From: Amoeboaphelidium protococcarum X5
Taxonomy: Eukaryota; Fungi; Aphelidiomycota
Assembly (NCBI GenBank): GCA_023515725.1
Contig: JALDTO010000158.1
Span: 186,001-250,000 of the forward strand
DNA length: 64,000 nucleotides
Direction of reading: 5' to 3'
The notes under the pieces were generated by a model, which did no database searches, was not told the origin of the DNA, and saw only the letters and a program-made list of their open reading frames with translations. The position numbers and the translations under genes are program-made. Below, piece after piece: positions 42,959 to 57,260 of this stretch. The number at the start of each line of letters is the position of its first letter. Position 1 is the first letter of the stretch.

Positions 42959-43333
42959 TATATAATTTTTTGATAATTACAATCAATATAATAAACTTCC
43001 AGATGTAAGTCATCAAGACACAGAATAAAAAACTGCCCAGTAACCATCCACCACTGTGCTGTAACAGCAAGAGGTAACATCGGCCTGATCAAACAAACAG
43101 TTTCTATGCAAGATCGCTTAGGTGCGACCCCCAAGTCAAAACTCACCGAAGATAAATTGATGACCATTAAGGTTTCTGTTAAATGAATAAATAGTCGTTC
43201 TCTGACTTTATTAGAAGGACGTTATAAGAATGACTTGCCGTTGAGGGGCTCGGAGAAATTGAATTTAACTATCTATAACAGAACGCGATATCGGATATAC
43301 GGTACATGTTTAGTAACATTACGTCAAGGGAGA

Positions 43334-44899
43334 TCATGATTTTTATAATTCAGCCAAGACTGAAGCTCTTAATGAATCGCCAAATAGTTAAAATGCTTCA
43401 GTGGCATACTTAACCTAGTCCAAATCCACCTGATCAATAGTCTAAACTGGCTATTCACCAGCAGCTTTGACACTTTCAGTGACTAAATAACTCAAAACAG
43501 CCGACTACACACCTCAACATTAAAAATATAATCGATACACCTCACTTTATATTCTGACTAATAGTAAAAATAATGATACCTGTAGAGCATTCTTGACTCT
43601 TTCTAGTTCCTCAGACGCCACAATGTCAGAACTCTACTCAGAGATACGCTGATTAAGTCTGCTCATAAAAGCAACCACGTTGGGCATAACCAAAGTCTTG
43701 ATAACCTCCGAGCCGAGCAGCTTAAGTCCAATTATAGCACCATAGTGAGTAGTTGCAGACTTTATTGGGTCAATGAATGCACGCAATAAAGTTCTAGTAA
43801 CACGAGGCTACAGTGACTGATAAGAATTCGAATACTTGGAGCAGATCATTGCCATTAGACTGGCGGCGTAATCTCTCAATACCCAATGATTCTCCTGCGG
43901 ATCTTCACATATTCTCTTGGAGATTAGCAGCGATAGAATGGGAGGCATAAGTTGATGGAGATACGGCTCAACAAAGAAGTGTGAATTGGTAAGAATGCCA
44001 GCAATGACATTGCCCATCAGAGTCAGTCGGGGTAGATTCTTAAGATTCTTGGCAATCTACTCAGTGACATACTATACAAAGTACGGTAGCAGTTACTATA
44101 TGCCATTATCTTGACGGATACTCTACAAAGCGGCGGAGTTGAGTCTTTGATCCGAGCTCTGCAATGCCTCCACCAACTTCTCAAAGTATATCTACAACTC
44201 TCTTGACAGAACGTGTCTGACCAACGGCTTAAATTCAACCTTCTTCTCATTCATCAAATACTTGCCATCCTATTTCAACTGTCTACTTATATTATCAATG
44301 CTATTTTCTACATGTAATCAAGGATAATAACGAGTATAGATTATAAAACACGACGATATAACTATAAACGTACGTACCTATAGGAGCAATGTTCTATGGA
44401 ATCGCTGGCTAAACACCTTCCACCATGAGCCAGTGCCCAGTCAAGACAGTCTCCGGATTGAGAGGAGGCAGAGGAGCGTTCAGTACATCTTCCAAATCAA
44501 TCTCATCATCATCCACGTAGTATATCTCTCCTAGCGATGAAGTCTCCACCGACTTGAATGGTTTACTTTCTCCATCAACGTATCCATAAAGTCTCTACAC
44601 TTAGTTATTACCACCATCGTCACTCGAGCGGCAGTACCAGTCATGTAATAAAGAATCACTGACGCTCAAGATAAATATTATCATACCTGGCAATTGCGCA
44701 ATTTGAGGGCGTTGTTTATATCATCGCTGGTGAGCATCGTTCGCTTAGCATGTCGTCTAAACTTCTGAGCTTCCTAGATGATGTCTCGCAGTCTAAATTC
44801 CACATCCTGAGATAAAGCACTGGCGACTTCATCTTGGAGATTAGTAATGTTTGAAAATTCAGCCAATGCTTTTATTATTTCTGCTGATATAAAGCTCAT
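43334..44899 (-). CDS. TAF6: TFIID subunit 6
   Basis: Histone fold DVEFRLRDIIQEAQKF, HWLMVEGVQPAIPQN, HVLSRELQIYF, EPYLHQLMPPIL, HWVLRDYAA; three introns. Confidence 0.93.
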
Positions 44900-45081
44900 A
44901 CTATGGATCGTATTATTATTACTACTTATCAAAAATCCTTATATGAAAAGAGTTAATGTGAATTGAAGTAGACAAATTGAATCGCGCTTTATGATAACAC
45001 ATTTGATTTATAAAACGATTTAAGGACGGAAACTTTATTGAAAATAAAAACACGTGGATTAAATATATCTAATATATGTAT

Positions 45082-45882
45082 TCAGCAGATCTAAAGTTTC
45101 TTCTGTGGATCAAGATAATGCTTCAAGATAGCATCGTTCCTTGCTCTCTGTATAGCCATAGAGAGAGATTAACCAAAGCCTTCACCCAACTTACGCGCTC
45201 CAGAGAAAACTCCAATAACGAACAAAGGCATCGGCGACTGACGACCAGTTTCATTCAAAAGACGCGTCTTGTGGGGCTAACCATAGAACTGTTGACTGAT
45301 TTACTCAATAGTCGCCTCTGGACTGTCCAGCCATGCGACAGGTTCCCAGTTTAGTCGCCTATTCAGAAAATGCTACTGAATAAAGTATTTGGCATGGGAT
45401 TCTGATTATTGAGAGAGGCAATGAACCAGCATAGAAGGCATCAGATGAATAGAGTTGATATTCTGCGTGGTTGTGACGTGTTAAAATCCACAGCGTCTCG
45501 CAACGTCGCGCATTATCTCTTCAGAAGTCAGCGCCTGTGCACCTTTGTCCACTACTTATTCTGGCATATTTGGATATAATGCAGCGAAATGCTCTCTAAT
45601 ACACTGCATTACAATACCATATCCCTTTTCAACAGACTCGGCCTATTCTAACGCGGCTATATTTCTAATATCATCTACACTCAAAACTTTCACCAATTTC
45701 AATCTCGCCAATAGCGCATTGATAGCCGGAGTAAATCCTTGAGGATACACCATCTTCAAAGTCGACTCAGGCATAGTCATTCCGACTGTTTTTGTTAATA
45801 AAGTGGATTAGACGCCAGCAGGCAATTAAGAACGCGTAAGGCTCCTAGCAGTACTTGCATATCTATTTGTATTCTTCAACAT
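45082..45882 (-). CDS. Mitochondrial ribosomal protein mL44 (yeast Mrpl3-like)
   Basis: RLLNETGRQSPMPLFVIGVFSGARKLGEGFGQSLSMAIQRARNDA dsRBD-like C-terminus. Confidence 0.82.
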
Positions 45883-46016
45883 GATAAAATTTCGCTTACT
45901 ATCGATCTTCAGAGAAAACGAGAATATAAGCAGACAATCGTTAAAATGTGTTCAATTCAATAAATAAATAATAAGTAACTAAAAATATAAATTAACAATT
46001 AGTAAAAATACAATGA

Positions 46017-46827
46017 TCATGTAAATACATCATTCAAATGAGTTTATAGAACGTGACGAAGTGTTATCGATACTCTGGTTGATCGCTACACATTCTGGTC
46101 CATTTGAGACTGGAGTTGGCCGTCTTCATAAGTGCATGGGTGGCGAACTATATCAATATGATTTTTTGATATCTCATGCGTCCATTCATACCTCGCTTCA
46201 TCTTGCATTATGAGTAAACTTCGTGGTTCTACATAATGATCAAATTTAGTGATAATAGACGATTAGAATACAATTTGACGATCATATCATATCATACCTA
46301 GTACAATGTCGCGTCTTTCATCTCCTCTAAAGAATGAGATAATGCAAGGCGATAGAAGCGATATGATGGCTATAATAGGTCCAAATATGAGCGGTGCATC
46401 ATTGTGTGCCATAATTCCCTGTCCCAGTTCATACTCATTAATTAAAACCATGTTGAACGGATATCGCTTCATAAGATAGCCATCGTCCACCACCTGTTCC
46501 ACCGATGACACGGCATCTTTTAATGGCTAAGGAGCATTTAGCGCCGTACTGGTCACTATTCTATATCTATAAGAGAAAACATATCCATAGAATTACAGGC
46601 GGCGTTTCATTTCAGCATTTGGACTACATAATCAAACATTGGTAGTATATTGACATGAAATTACTTACGCGTCAACTGATATATACTTACTGTATGCCTC
46701 GACCGCACCACTTTTGTTGGTACAGGATATCTATCAATTCCTATTCTTCACTCTTGGTCAAAAATTCATTTATATATGATAAGCCTTAAGGCTCAACGAT
46801 AGTTTTAGGAGTGATTTGCCGTGACAT
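46017..46827 (-). CDS. AlkB-family 2OG-Fe(II) dioxygenase (ALKBH6/8-like)
   Basis: NMVLINEYELGQGIMAHND, RSLLIMQDEARYEWTHEI, RVSITLR; introns. Confidence 0.85.
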
Positions 46828-46897
46828 TATGCATCAAATCTGAAAATGAAAAATTATGAAAGGTGAACTCCGACTATTTTGATATGCCAATGGCGCA

Positions 46898-47759
46898 ATG
46901 ATTTTAACGCTGCATTCGATGTAAGTATGTGTAGATACTAACTATGTTTATTACTCAGCTAAAGGCAAATATACTTCAAATGAAGCTAAAGTACTCTAAT
47001 TCTATGAACGTACGTAACCTTTCATTGTTATCAGGTGATTGTTTCAATCAGTCAAGGTTTACAAAAATAGCATTTGATTCTTCAGCGATGATAAGTAATG
47101 CACGTAATATTCAGGATAGCATTTACGCTGGTTGTAGCAATTAACTTGGTAAGATTTAATGATTTTTAATAGTAGTAACATTATTAGATAGTATCATTAA
47201 AATTTAGGGTAGACGTTAATTGCTCTCAACTTTTACTTTGCGTTTGATCTTGGTGATAGTCTGTCGCCTGTTAGTTTGATTGAATCCATCTTTCCCATAA
47301 TCGCGTTAGTAGCTGTCTGGTCATACCAGGAAAATCATGAATAGGTGAAGTTGCTCTGTAATGTTTATGCAAGTAGTGTGATGACAGCGTATGTTGCCTG
47401 GTGTGTTTTCAGCCTCCTGTTTAATGTCTTTCTGTGCCTAGTGAGACTGGATGTAATAAATCTAGGCGAGTCTAATGCGTCTGCCAGCTTTGCTTACATT
47501 TTTGGCTCTAATGGATAGCAGGTGGACTAAAGAATATTCATTATAGGGATTGTTATCATCGTTGAATAGGTATGCTCCATATCTCTGTTATTAAGTGGAA
47601 ATCATTATTTAAGTCATTGTAGATTATCACGCTACCATTCTCAACGTACATCAGATTTAAAACACTTGCCCGTGAAGACATAGAATGTAAGTGCCAGATG
47701 TTTGAATCAAATAATTATACATAATTGCATTAATACGTGTAGTTAAGGGATTTGCATGA
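46898..47759 (+). CDS. Hypothetical multi-exon membrane protein (start uncertain)
   Basis: Several gtaag/gtatg...tag introns; long hydrophobic exon ~47209-47569 open under TAR=Gln; final exon ends TGA. Confidence 0.5.
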
Positions 47760-47943
47760 GATACAATAGAGAAATACATGTTTTTGAAATTAATGTAAAG
47801 TCATTTTATACTTGAAGCCACAAGGTTTTTTGAAACGCGCCTGCCTTCATTCATCTTTTCCTTTCCTTCACTTGATAATCTCCTCAATTTTTATTGTACG
47901 TTTCTATCGTACTTCTTTATCATTGTTTTCTATAAGGAAAAAG

Positions 47944-48468
47944 ATGGCTGTTGAGTAGAATGATGCTTAGGATACTATGCTTAAAATGGCGTAGGCTTGT
48001 TTGACTCTTGTGATCTAGCATCTGCCTGCCGCGATTGAGTACCATTTTAGACATGCGTATGGAAACGACTTTTAAATAATGTTTGCCAAAGAGCCGCCTT
48101 GGACACTACAAGATTTGTTCTACTTGATGCACAAGCACTGGTTGGCTGTTTTCAGGGAACATTATACCGCTGGTTCAATATCTTAGCCAACTAATAGCCT
48201 GAAGAATGGTGAACAGGTGATCAAGAAATGGCTTAGAGAGAGAAGATTTCAAACACGGAAAGATAAACGTGCCATTTGTGTTGATCAAGAAATCTCCATT
48301 AATCCGTAGTAACCAGCGGTTGCTCTGCGTACAGACGATGTGCGAGCAGTGCTGTAATCATGCGAGATTTTAATTCAGCTGTTCACTGTGGATCAGTCTC
48401 ACAAAGACTAGGTATTGTAGTAAATAAGTCAATGGTAGTATCAGCTCAGATGTTTTTAATAAAGCTGA
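47944..48468 (+). CDS. Hypothetical helical protein (174 aa), weak Swt1-like HEPN resemblance
   Basis: ATG-to-TGA ORF under TAR=Gln; WTLQDLFYLMHKHWLAVF...DDVRAVLQSCEILI. Confidence 0.6.
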
Positions 48469-48710
48469 TAAATTACTAATCAAAATTATCCTATTTGTGA
48501 TAAAAAGCATCAGTCTTAGAAGTCAGTCAATGTAACTGTTCGCGTCACACATAATTTTATGCAGCTTGGCAACGACGCTGTAACGAAGCGCTGATTTAAA
48601 TTTAACTCGCCCTTCAGTAAAAATCTACCTTCTCTTACTCATATATACTTTCAACAACCAAAAATAAGTATAATAAATTGTTAAGCTCATCAAGTATACA
48701 TATTGCAGCG

Positions 48711-49727
48711 ATGAAGTCACCAAAAAGAAGCCAAAGGCCTGAATCGTTGTTGGCGGATGAAGAGAAGGCAATTGATCAAATGATGGTGTTTCCAGAAGAT
48801 AAGACGACGCCTGTGACGAAGAATGATGTTGCACCTAATCAAGCTGAAACAAGTAAGACCAAGGCGGCCGCTAATAAGAAATCACATTAGAAGTTGCATG
48901 CTGGCTTGCATAAAAGCGTTGATGGCTCATGGAAATGTACATCGTGTGGTTGCCCGGAGAATCTTACACCTGTGAAAAGAATCGGACCATCTGGTCAGCG
49001 AGACACTTGCAATGCTTGCTACATTCGATCGCGTGCGAAGAAAGAGAAAGGCATGCGAGGAAGCTCTCGGCCGACTGGTGTAGCTACCACTTATGCAATG
49101 CCTGTAATCAGTGGCTACCAGGCTATGGGCACTATGAATATGCCTGACACTGCTTTTGTGAACTCTGTAAACTCCTATGCATACAATAATCCTAGCACAT
49201 CTGGTAGAACATCGCAGTTTCCTCAATTTGAATTTGGTATGTTTGGTGGCCAGGACTTTTACCAGCAGTTTGGATACGCGATTAATTTCGATCAGTCATA
49301 AAATCAGGTTAATGCGTTGGTAGATGGTAATTCAGGCTCTGGTAATAATCAAGCTAAGCCCAATCATCAAGCGCAATCTCCACTGAACTTGTTGTCTCCT
49401 GGTGCTCACTCACCTAATTTAAGTGGACTTTCTCCCGGATTAGAGTCGATTTTAGCTGATGGCGCAAGAAGTGCTCATGGCATCAAACACAAGCGAGATA
49501 ATGATGGAGAACAAGGACACGGCGACGTAAATGAAGAAGGATAAGCTGCATCATATAGCAAGTATCAGAGATCAGAAGTGTTTGAGGCTAATTCAGCACA
49601 GGCAGTGTCGGGTTCTCATGTACAGTCATCGCAAAAGTCAAAGCGTGATAGTAGAGCGTCGCTGGGCCAGTCAAGATCGTAATAGACGCAAGATAATGCC
49701 AGGGGATCACCCTCAATGATGATGTGA
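48711..49727 (+). CDS. GATA-type zinc-finger protein (C-x2-C-x20-C-x2-C)
   Basis: CTSCGCPENLTPVKRIGPSGQRDTCNAC followed by a basic region; three track ORFs join through TAA/TAG. Confidence 0.8.
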
Positions 49728-49878
49728 ATGTTAGTAATGATGATCTCTAGGGAAATACAGAGATGGAAAGTGAGATGATGTTGAATAAACTGTCTTTTAA
49801 TCAATCAATCAAGATGGAGAACTATTTCAATTTCGGGCTCATTCCACCAATAAGATTTTCCACTTCATATAAATTCAA

Positions 49879-50612
49879 TCAGCAGCAACCACCGCCAGCC
49901 TTGTTATCGACTGCAACTCCAGGTCTGATTTTGTTCTTATCATCTTTCTGCACAACGTTGGATGCGCCCATTCTGTCCTTAATTTGCTTGGCCATAGTCA
50001 AGAACGCCTGCTCAACATTACTGGCATTCTTGGCACTAGTCTCCAGGAATGGAATCTTCAAAGAGTCAGCAAACTCCTTGGCCACCTGGTACTCCACCAC
50101 CTTTTTATCAGTCAGATCACTCTTGTTTCCTACTAGCAATTTATTCACACCTTCACTGGCATATCTCTCAATCTCACCCAGCCATTGCTTAACATTGTTG
50201 TAAGTGTCATTATCAGTGACATCGTACACAACAATAATTCCATGAGCTCCGCGATAATAAGACGACGTAATAGTCCTGAACCTTTCCTGACCAGCGCTAC
50301 ATAGAAAATAAAATCAAAAGCTGTTAATTAATATCTCTAATGCACACAATTAGAACTTACGTATCCCAAATCTAGAGCTTGACAACCTTGCCCTCCAACT
50401 CAATGGTACGAATTTTAAAATCAACACCAATTGTGGAGATGTACGACTCAGTGTAAGTATCGTCGGCGAATCTTAATAGCAGACAACTTTTCCCCACACC
50501 AGAGTCACCAATTAGAAGCAGTTTGAAAAGATAATCGCTACATATATAATCGAATCGATAATAATTTATCAACATAAAGTAAGATAATGTAGCTTTACTA
50601 TTCAGGATTCAT
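49879..50612 (-). CDS. YPT1: Rab1/Ypt1 small GTPase
   Basis: MNPEY|[20 protein letters not shown]|AGQERF, C-terminal GGGCC; two introns. Confidence 0.97.
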
Positions 50613-50709
50613 TATAAGTGGCCGTGGTATATATTCGTTTATCGCGCCGCAGCTTAATTATTTCGGAAGAAAGAAAACATCGACTGGAACGGCGACGACA
50701 AAAGAACAG

Positions 50710-50733
50710 CGAACGAACGAACGAACGAACGAA
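50710..50733. repeat. (GAAC)n microsatellite upstream of YPT1
   Basis: cgaacgaacgaacgaacgaacgaa. Confidence 0.8.
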
Positions 50734-50911
50734 TGCAACGGGACAATAATGATATCGACGTTTACAAAGTGTTTCACATTATGTCACACTATGAAGCATC
50801 AGATGTGAAACAGAATCAATCTCTTCTACAAAATAACTTGCATCATACACAATGACTAACTTACATGATACTGATTTTGAGAGTAGTCTGAGATCTTATC
50901 ATTAATTAAAT

Positions 50912-51370
50912 ATGAACTTGGCACGTAAAGTTCGTGACTCTCCATTTCATTTGCGTGGATTTGACTTTGCAGGCGCGTATTTAAAACCAAGCATTTCTAG
51001 TCTATGTGAAATCAATGTTACCAACAGCAACAGTCTACCTTTTGAAGTTCTCTGCGAATTGAAAGGTTTGATTCTAATCATTTATCAATATTAAATAGTA
51101 TAATGTTGATGAAAACGCGTAGGAAGAATGAGAAATCTGGTGTATAAACGTTCTATAAGTGAGAATGCTTTTGAGCTGTACGATCATGAAGCTTCAGTGA
51201 GCTGCGTGCACTACGGACCCGAGATTGGTTTGAAAGACGATGAAACAATTTAAGTTATTGGCATGGCGCGTCGCACAGTTCCTCCTCAAAAGGGCATTTA
51301 ACTTCAAATATTCCGCATATTCACTGTGTAGGAGGTGGGAAATGGGGAGTGTGGATGTATAATAAAGTGA
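50912..51370 (+). CDS. Small OB-fold-like protein (SPATA22-like), one intron 51066-51122
   Basis: PFEVLCELKG|RMRNLVYKRSISENAFELYDHEASVSCVHYGPEIGLKDDETIQVIG...QLQIFRIF; the intron keeps frame. Confidence 0.5.
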
Positions 51371-51402
51371 GTGAATCAAACTTTAATCAATGACAAATTT
51401 CA

Positions 51403-52629
51403 TCAAGTTCCAACTGGCTTTCCATTGACTGCAGATTTTAAGATCTGCTCATCTTTTTGATTATTGCTTTACGCCACCTTGTTCTGAAATCTTAGCATGG
51501 CCTGCTTGAAAATGTCCTCAAGCAAAGAGTCTAACCCCACACCTTAAGACTTTAATATAATACCCAGTCCGGAGTCTTCTGTGGCATCAATTGAGCAATT
51601 GGCATTCATATCAACAACATAGATCTATTAGCTGTCAGAATGCACTCTTAGATCTAATCTGCAATAGCCATCGCCGCCCACGGCTAAAAAAGCTTCTTTA
51701 GCCACCTTCTGTACTTGTTCACTAATATCAGCTGAAGCAGTCGCGTACCACCACTGACCGACATCAGGTTCACTGGACCACCTGTTCCACTTCATCTCAT
51801 ACGAGAGAAACCGCTTATCAGCATCGACACTTTGAGCAAAGACACGCTACACAGGCTTGTACACTTTCACGCCCATAGACTGGCTACCAATGAGGAAGCA
51901 TGTGAACTCTTAACCAGTAATAAACTCCTCAATGTAAGCGCCTTTGTACTTCTCCGCTATGAGCTTACCTTCAACTTCGGCTTCATCATGGGTATATACT
52001 ACTGATTTGTCAGAAATTCCACGACTACCAGAAGACTAGCTTGGCTTAATCAAGACTGGCATCTGAAGCTGTTATAATCCATCCACATTACCCTTTTCAT
52101 CAACAACGCCAATGGTGGCAAACTTAGGTGTCAAATGAGGGCAATGTGAGAACAATTACCTCTTCATGTAAGATTTATTGTCATCCATCTGGTAGAAGTC
52201 GAGAGAGGCGCCAGTAAATATTAGAGAGCTGTCTTCTAACGTCTTCAACACGGAATTGCCAGGCCATCCATCCCAGTCCTGTCCATCGACCAAATTCATT
52301 ACCAGCAATCTCTCGTTATCGTGCGCCATTGCTTAACTCTTTTAAGTGAGCATTTCCACCAGTTTCGTGTAGTTGGATAACGTAACATAATGCCAAGTAA
52401 CAGACTTGACGTATGGAAGTAGATTTAAATGTTTACCAACAAAATTGACATATTTTTCATTCCATTCAGTCAAGAGCTATTGGCCTGTCACAGGATCTAT
52501 AACTTGAGTGTAATCAGAATGTTCATCAGCTGGTATATTATCTTTAACTGCAGCCGGAGCTAGTATGTGGATCTAAAGATTCACGCTAACCACGAAATTT
52601 TAAATATCCTATAGAGGTTGCTTATTCAT
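51403..52629 (-). CDS. D-Ala-D-Ala-ligase-like ATP-grasp enzyme (408 aa, intronless)
   Basis: VMNLVDG..WDGWPG, FTGASLDFY, MPVLIKPSQSSGSRGIS, YIEEFITGQEFT, GYCRLDLR, VVDMNANCS. Confidence 0.85.
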
Positions 52630-52831
52630 TGTTACGCTTTGTGTAATGCAAAATAAAAGGCCATGTTGAAAGAGTAAATCAGCATTGAAAACTGAAACGT
52701 GGCTTAAGTACGGTGACAACCGTGATGGAAAAGGCAAATTTACGCGTAAACCAAGATTGAATTTAGACTTGATAATTAAAAATCCCCCTTTTACATCAAA
52801 TATACTTGTAGACTGAGACTTCAACATGAAT

Positions 52832-54223
<1,392 letters not shown>

Positions 54224-54473
54224 ATCTCTCTCTTATTAATTAATTGTATTAACCTCATTCAATAGTTCATTTAAAAAAAGCACATGTGCTGATGTTCAGA
54301 TGGTCGTTGCCTACATACACCAGATGATCTATTTTTATCACATTCGTGCGCTAATTCGTCCAATCTGGTCATGAAACGACGCTGACCAATTTACATATAA
54401 AATACTGTGCAAAGTGAATCGATAGACTCTTTATATCTGTATTATCACTTAATTTTAATATATATCATTCTTA

Positions 54474-55042
54474 TCACTTTTACCGAGATGGCGCGTTGAG
54501 AACACGCTGCGCTGCCGTAGCCAGAGCTGACATTGATACACGGTTCGGATCAAATTGACTTTTGGCAGCACTCATAACGCGTTTCATGTCTCTGGTACTC
54601 AACTGCTCACCCTTAAACTACTCGCTGACAAGTTTGCTCATCCTTTCAGTCACCTCATCTTGTGACATCTGAGTCGGTATATAACTTTGTACAATGTCCA
54701 ACTCGGATTGCTCCTTGGTAGCAAGATCGTCGCGCCGAGCTTTCCGATATTCAGCGATAGAATCTAATCTCTTCTTTATATTAGCACGAATAACGTCCAC
54801 TTCTGACATGGAACCACTCTTTGCAGTTGCCACCTTATCAGCATATGACAAATCCGCAATCAATGATTTCACAACTGACACGCGCGTTGAGTCCTTTGAT
54901 ATCATGGCAGATTTAAGGTCATTCTTCAGAGTCACCTTCACTACAAATTTTATAAATCGCGTTACAATACAATATAAGCCACATTATTAAACTTACATGA
55001 CTACTGTAACTAGCTGTAAAATCTTTAGAACGTCCTAATCAT
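54474..55042 (-). CDS. Mitochondrial YqeY/GatB-domain protein (Aim41-like)
   Basis: LKNDLKSAMISKD...KKRLDSIAEYRKARRDDLATKEQSELDIVQSYIPTQMS; short presequence exon plus intron. Confidence 0.85.
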
Positions 55043-55172
55043 AATTTCGCTAATTGAGCTAAACTAAAAGAGTTGTTTGCTAAGTGATATAAACGATTTT
55101 GCTTTTGCATGAAATTTGATAAAAGATTCGGCGCTTTGATATAACCAAATTGTAAAGAAGCTTAGTACTGAA

Positions 55173-56010
55173 ATGACACGACATCACGCATCAAGATCTT
55201 CGTATAGTAGAGAAGGATATAAGCAAGGTGGTCAAGAAGAATCTGCTAATATTACTGTAACATTCCCGTTCACAATTGGAATGTGGGATTTTGATCATTG
55301 TGATCCAAAGCGATGCTCTGGGCGGAAATTGCATAGACATGGCATGGTAAAGACTTTTAATAAAAATGCTAAATTCCGCGGTATAATTCTCTCGCCCACA
55401 GCTGATAGAGTGATATCACCTGCTGACAAGAGTGTTATTGAAAGGATTGGACTGGCCGTTGTAGATTGCTCGTGGGCGCGTGTTGATGAAGTGCCATTCC
55501 ACAAGTTTATTCCCAATTTGAATTAATCCAGTGGCAATGGTGGTAGTGGTGGTGGAAATGTAGCAGGATTCAATGCTCGTGTAGATAGACTTCTACCGTA
55601 TCTTGTGGCGGCTAATCCTGTCAACTATGGAAAGCCCTTCAAACTGAATTGCGCTGAAGCATTGGCAGCCGCTCTGTTCATCTGCGGATTTGATGATTAC
55701 GGCCATGCTCTATTAAGCAAATTTACTGTAAGCGTATATTATTGAGATTAAAAGATTATATCACAGCGTAAATTTTTGATCGCGTATGAATGTGTAGTGG
55801 GGTGAATCGTTTTTTGATATGAATGAAGAGCTGTTTGCAAAGTACGCCTAATGCTCTGACGGAGAAGAAGTTGTTAAGGTGTAAAATCAATACATGGATG
55901 GTGGAGACATAGATGAGAAGTCTGACAATGATGGTGATAAACTTGTTCAATCTTGTTCAGATTGTGAAAGCGAACTGTCAGATGTACCAAGAAATACTAA
56001 TAGACTTTGA
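55173..56010 (+). CDS. TSR3: 18S rRNA aminocarboxypropyltransferase Tsr3
   Basis: [51 protein letters not shown]|WGESF; one intron. Confidence 0.95.
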
Positions 56011-56084
56011 ATGTGTGAATAATAATACTAGTCATTTAAACGGACTTCACAAAGTTCCATTAATACTTACATATAACAAAGATA

Positions 56085-56903
56085 TCATAACTTGGACTTC
56101 TTCTTACCGGATAAGCTTTGCAAAATCTTCCCCAAACTACTCACAATAGATTCCTATTGCAACTGCTTCCATGCCTGTCTGGCCTCCTCCTCGCCGTAGT
56201 TTTGCCATTGTTGAGCAAAATCTTCTCTCAGCACCCGCTTAGTAAGCGCGTAACCTGCACTGGGAATTTTAGTGAACTGAGTCTGCATGAGCTGTTCACC
56301 ACGCTCCAGAACCTGCTGCAATGGGACCACCTCATCAACAATGCCCAACTTCAGCGCCTGTTCCGGTGTCAACATCTGGCCAGTGAGCAGTAACTTCTCT
56401 GCATGGCCGCGACTACCAGCCGTCTGCAGGAACAACTTTCCCCAGTACTTGGGCACCATAATACCGATTGATACTTCATTGAGTCCAATCTTGGCAAATC
56501 CATAACTAGACTGAGAATCAGTCATAATTCTATAGTCACAGCAGAGCGATATGCCGCAACCTCCAGCAGGCGATGTTCCGTTGATACAGGCCACCGTTAC
56601 CAGACGCGATGAATAGAGCCTGGTTAGAAATGTGGTCTATGCTAGCCAAAACTCTCTAAACTTTTCTCCGCTCGTCATTGGCGCATACAACTAAGTCAAA
56701 TCATTCCCAGCGGTGAATATAGGCTTCTATTAATTGGTCACTGCTGAAGTTATGATCAAGCCTTTGATATCAGGATTCTTCTCACATGAGTCCAAAGCAT
56801 TCAGCATTTGGGTCCATACAGCGAGTGATAGTGCATTCACAGGAGGACTCTTTAAAGATAAAACTGCATAAAGCTTCTTGGTAATTAATTCGACCGGAGC
56901 CAT
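56085..56903 (-). CDS. Enoyl-CoA delta isomerase (crotonase fold) with C-terminal SKL
   Basis: SPPVNAL, FTAGNDL, ACINGTSPAGGC, IGLNEVSIGI; ends KKKSKL-TGA. Confidence 0.88.
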
Positions 56904-57260
56904 TTCAAAGTTTTCAAGTATCAGTCAGGATAGAACAAAAGATAAAACTGCCTTGATTATAAATAAAGGAGAATGGATGAGAGACCGCGCTGAGCTTTCG
57001 GAACACTGTCGATCTAGTCGCTTCATTTTACATTACACAACAGTGCTTGTCTCATTAAGAGTATGTTCCCTTTCAATGTGATTTCAATTTTGAATTTTCC
57101 ATCTAATTTCAATCCAGTGGAAATATGAAAAGGCAGAGATGGTGAAGTGAATAAATCTTCTTTCCACCAACTCACTGGACATTTCACGATCAAAACTCAG
57201 CCAAGAGTGATTAAACGACAATTTGAAACAATTATTATTATAACTACATAAAGACTAAAA

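Noticed and set aside
42960-43330. Possible ncRNA or small ORF between LMBR1 and TAF6
   Set aside because: No tRNA, snRNA or snoRNA signature that I could identify
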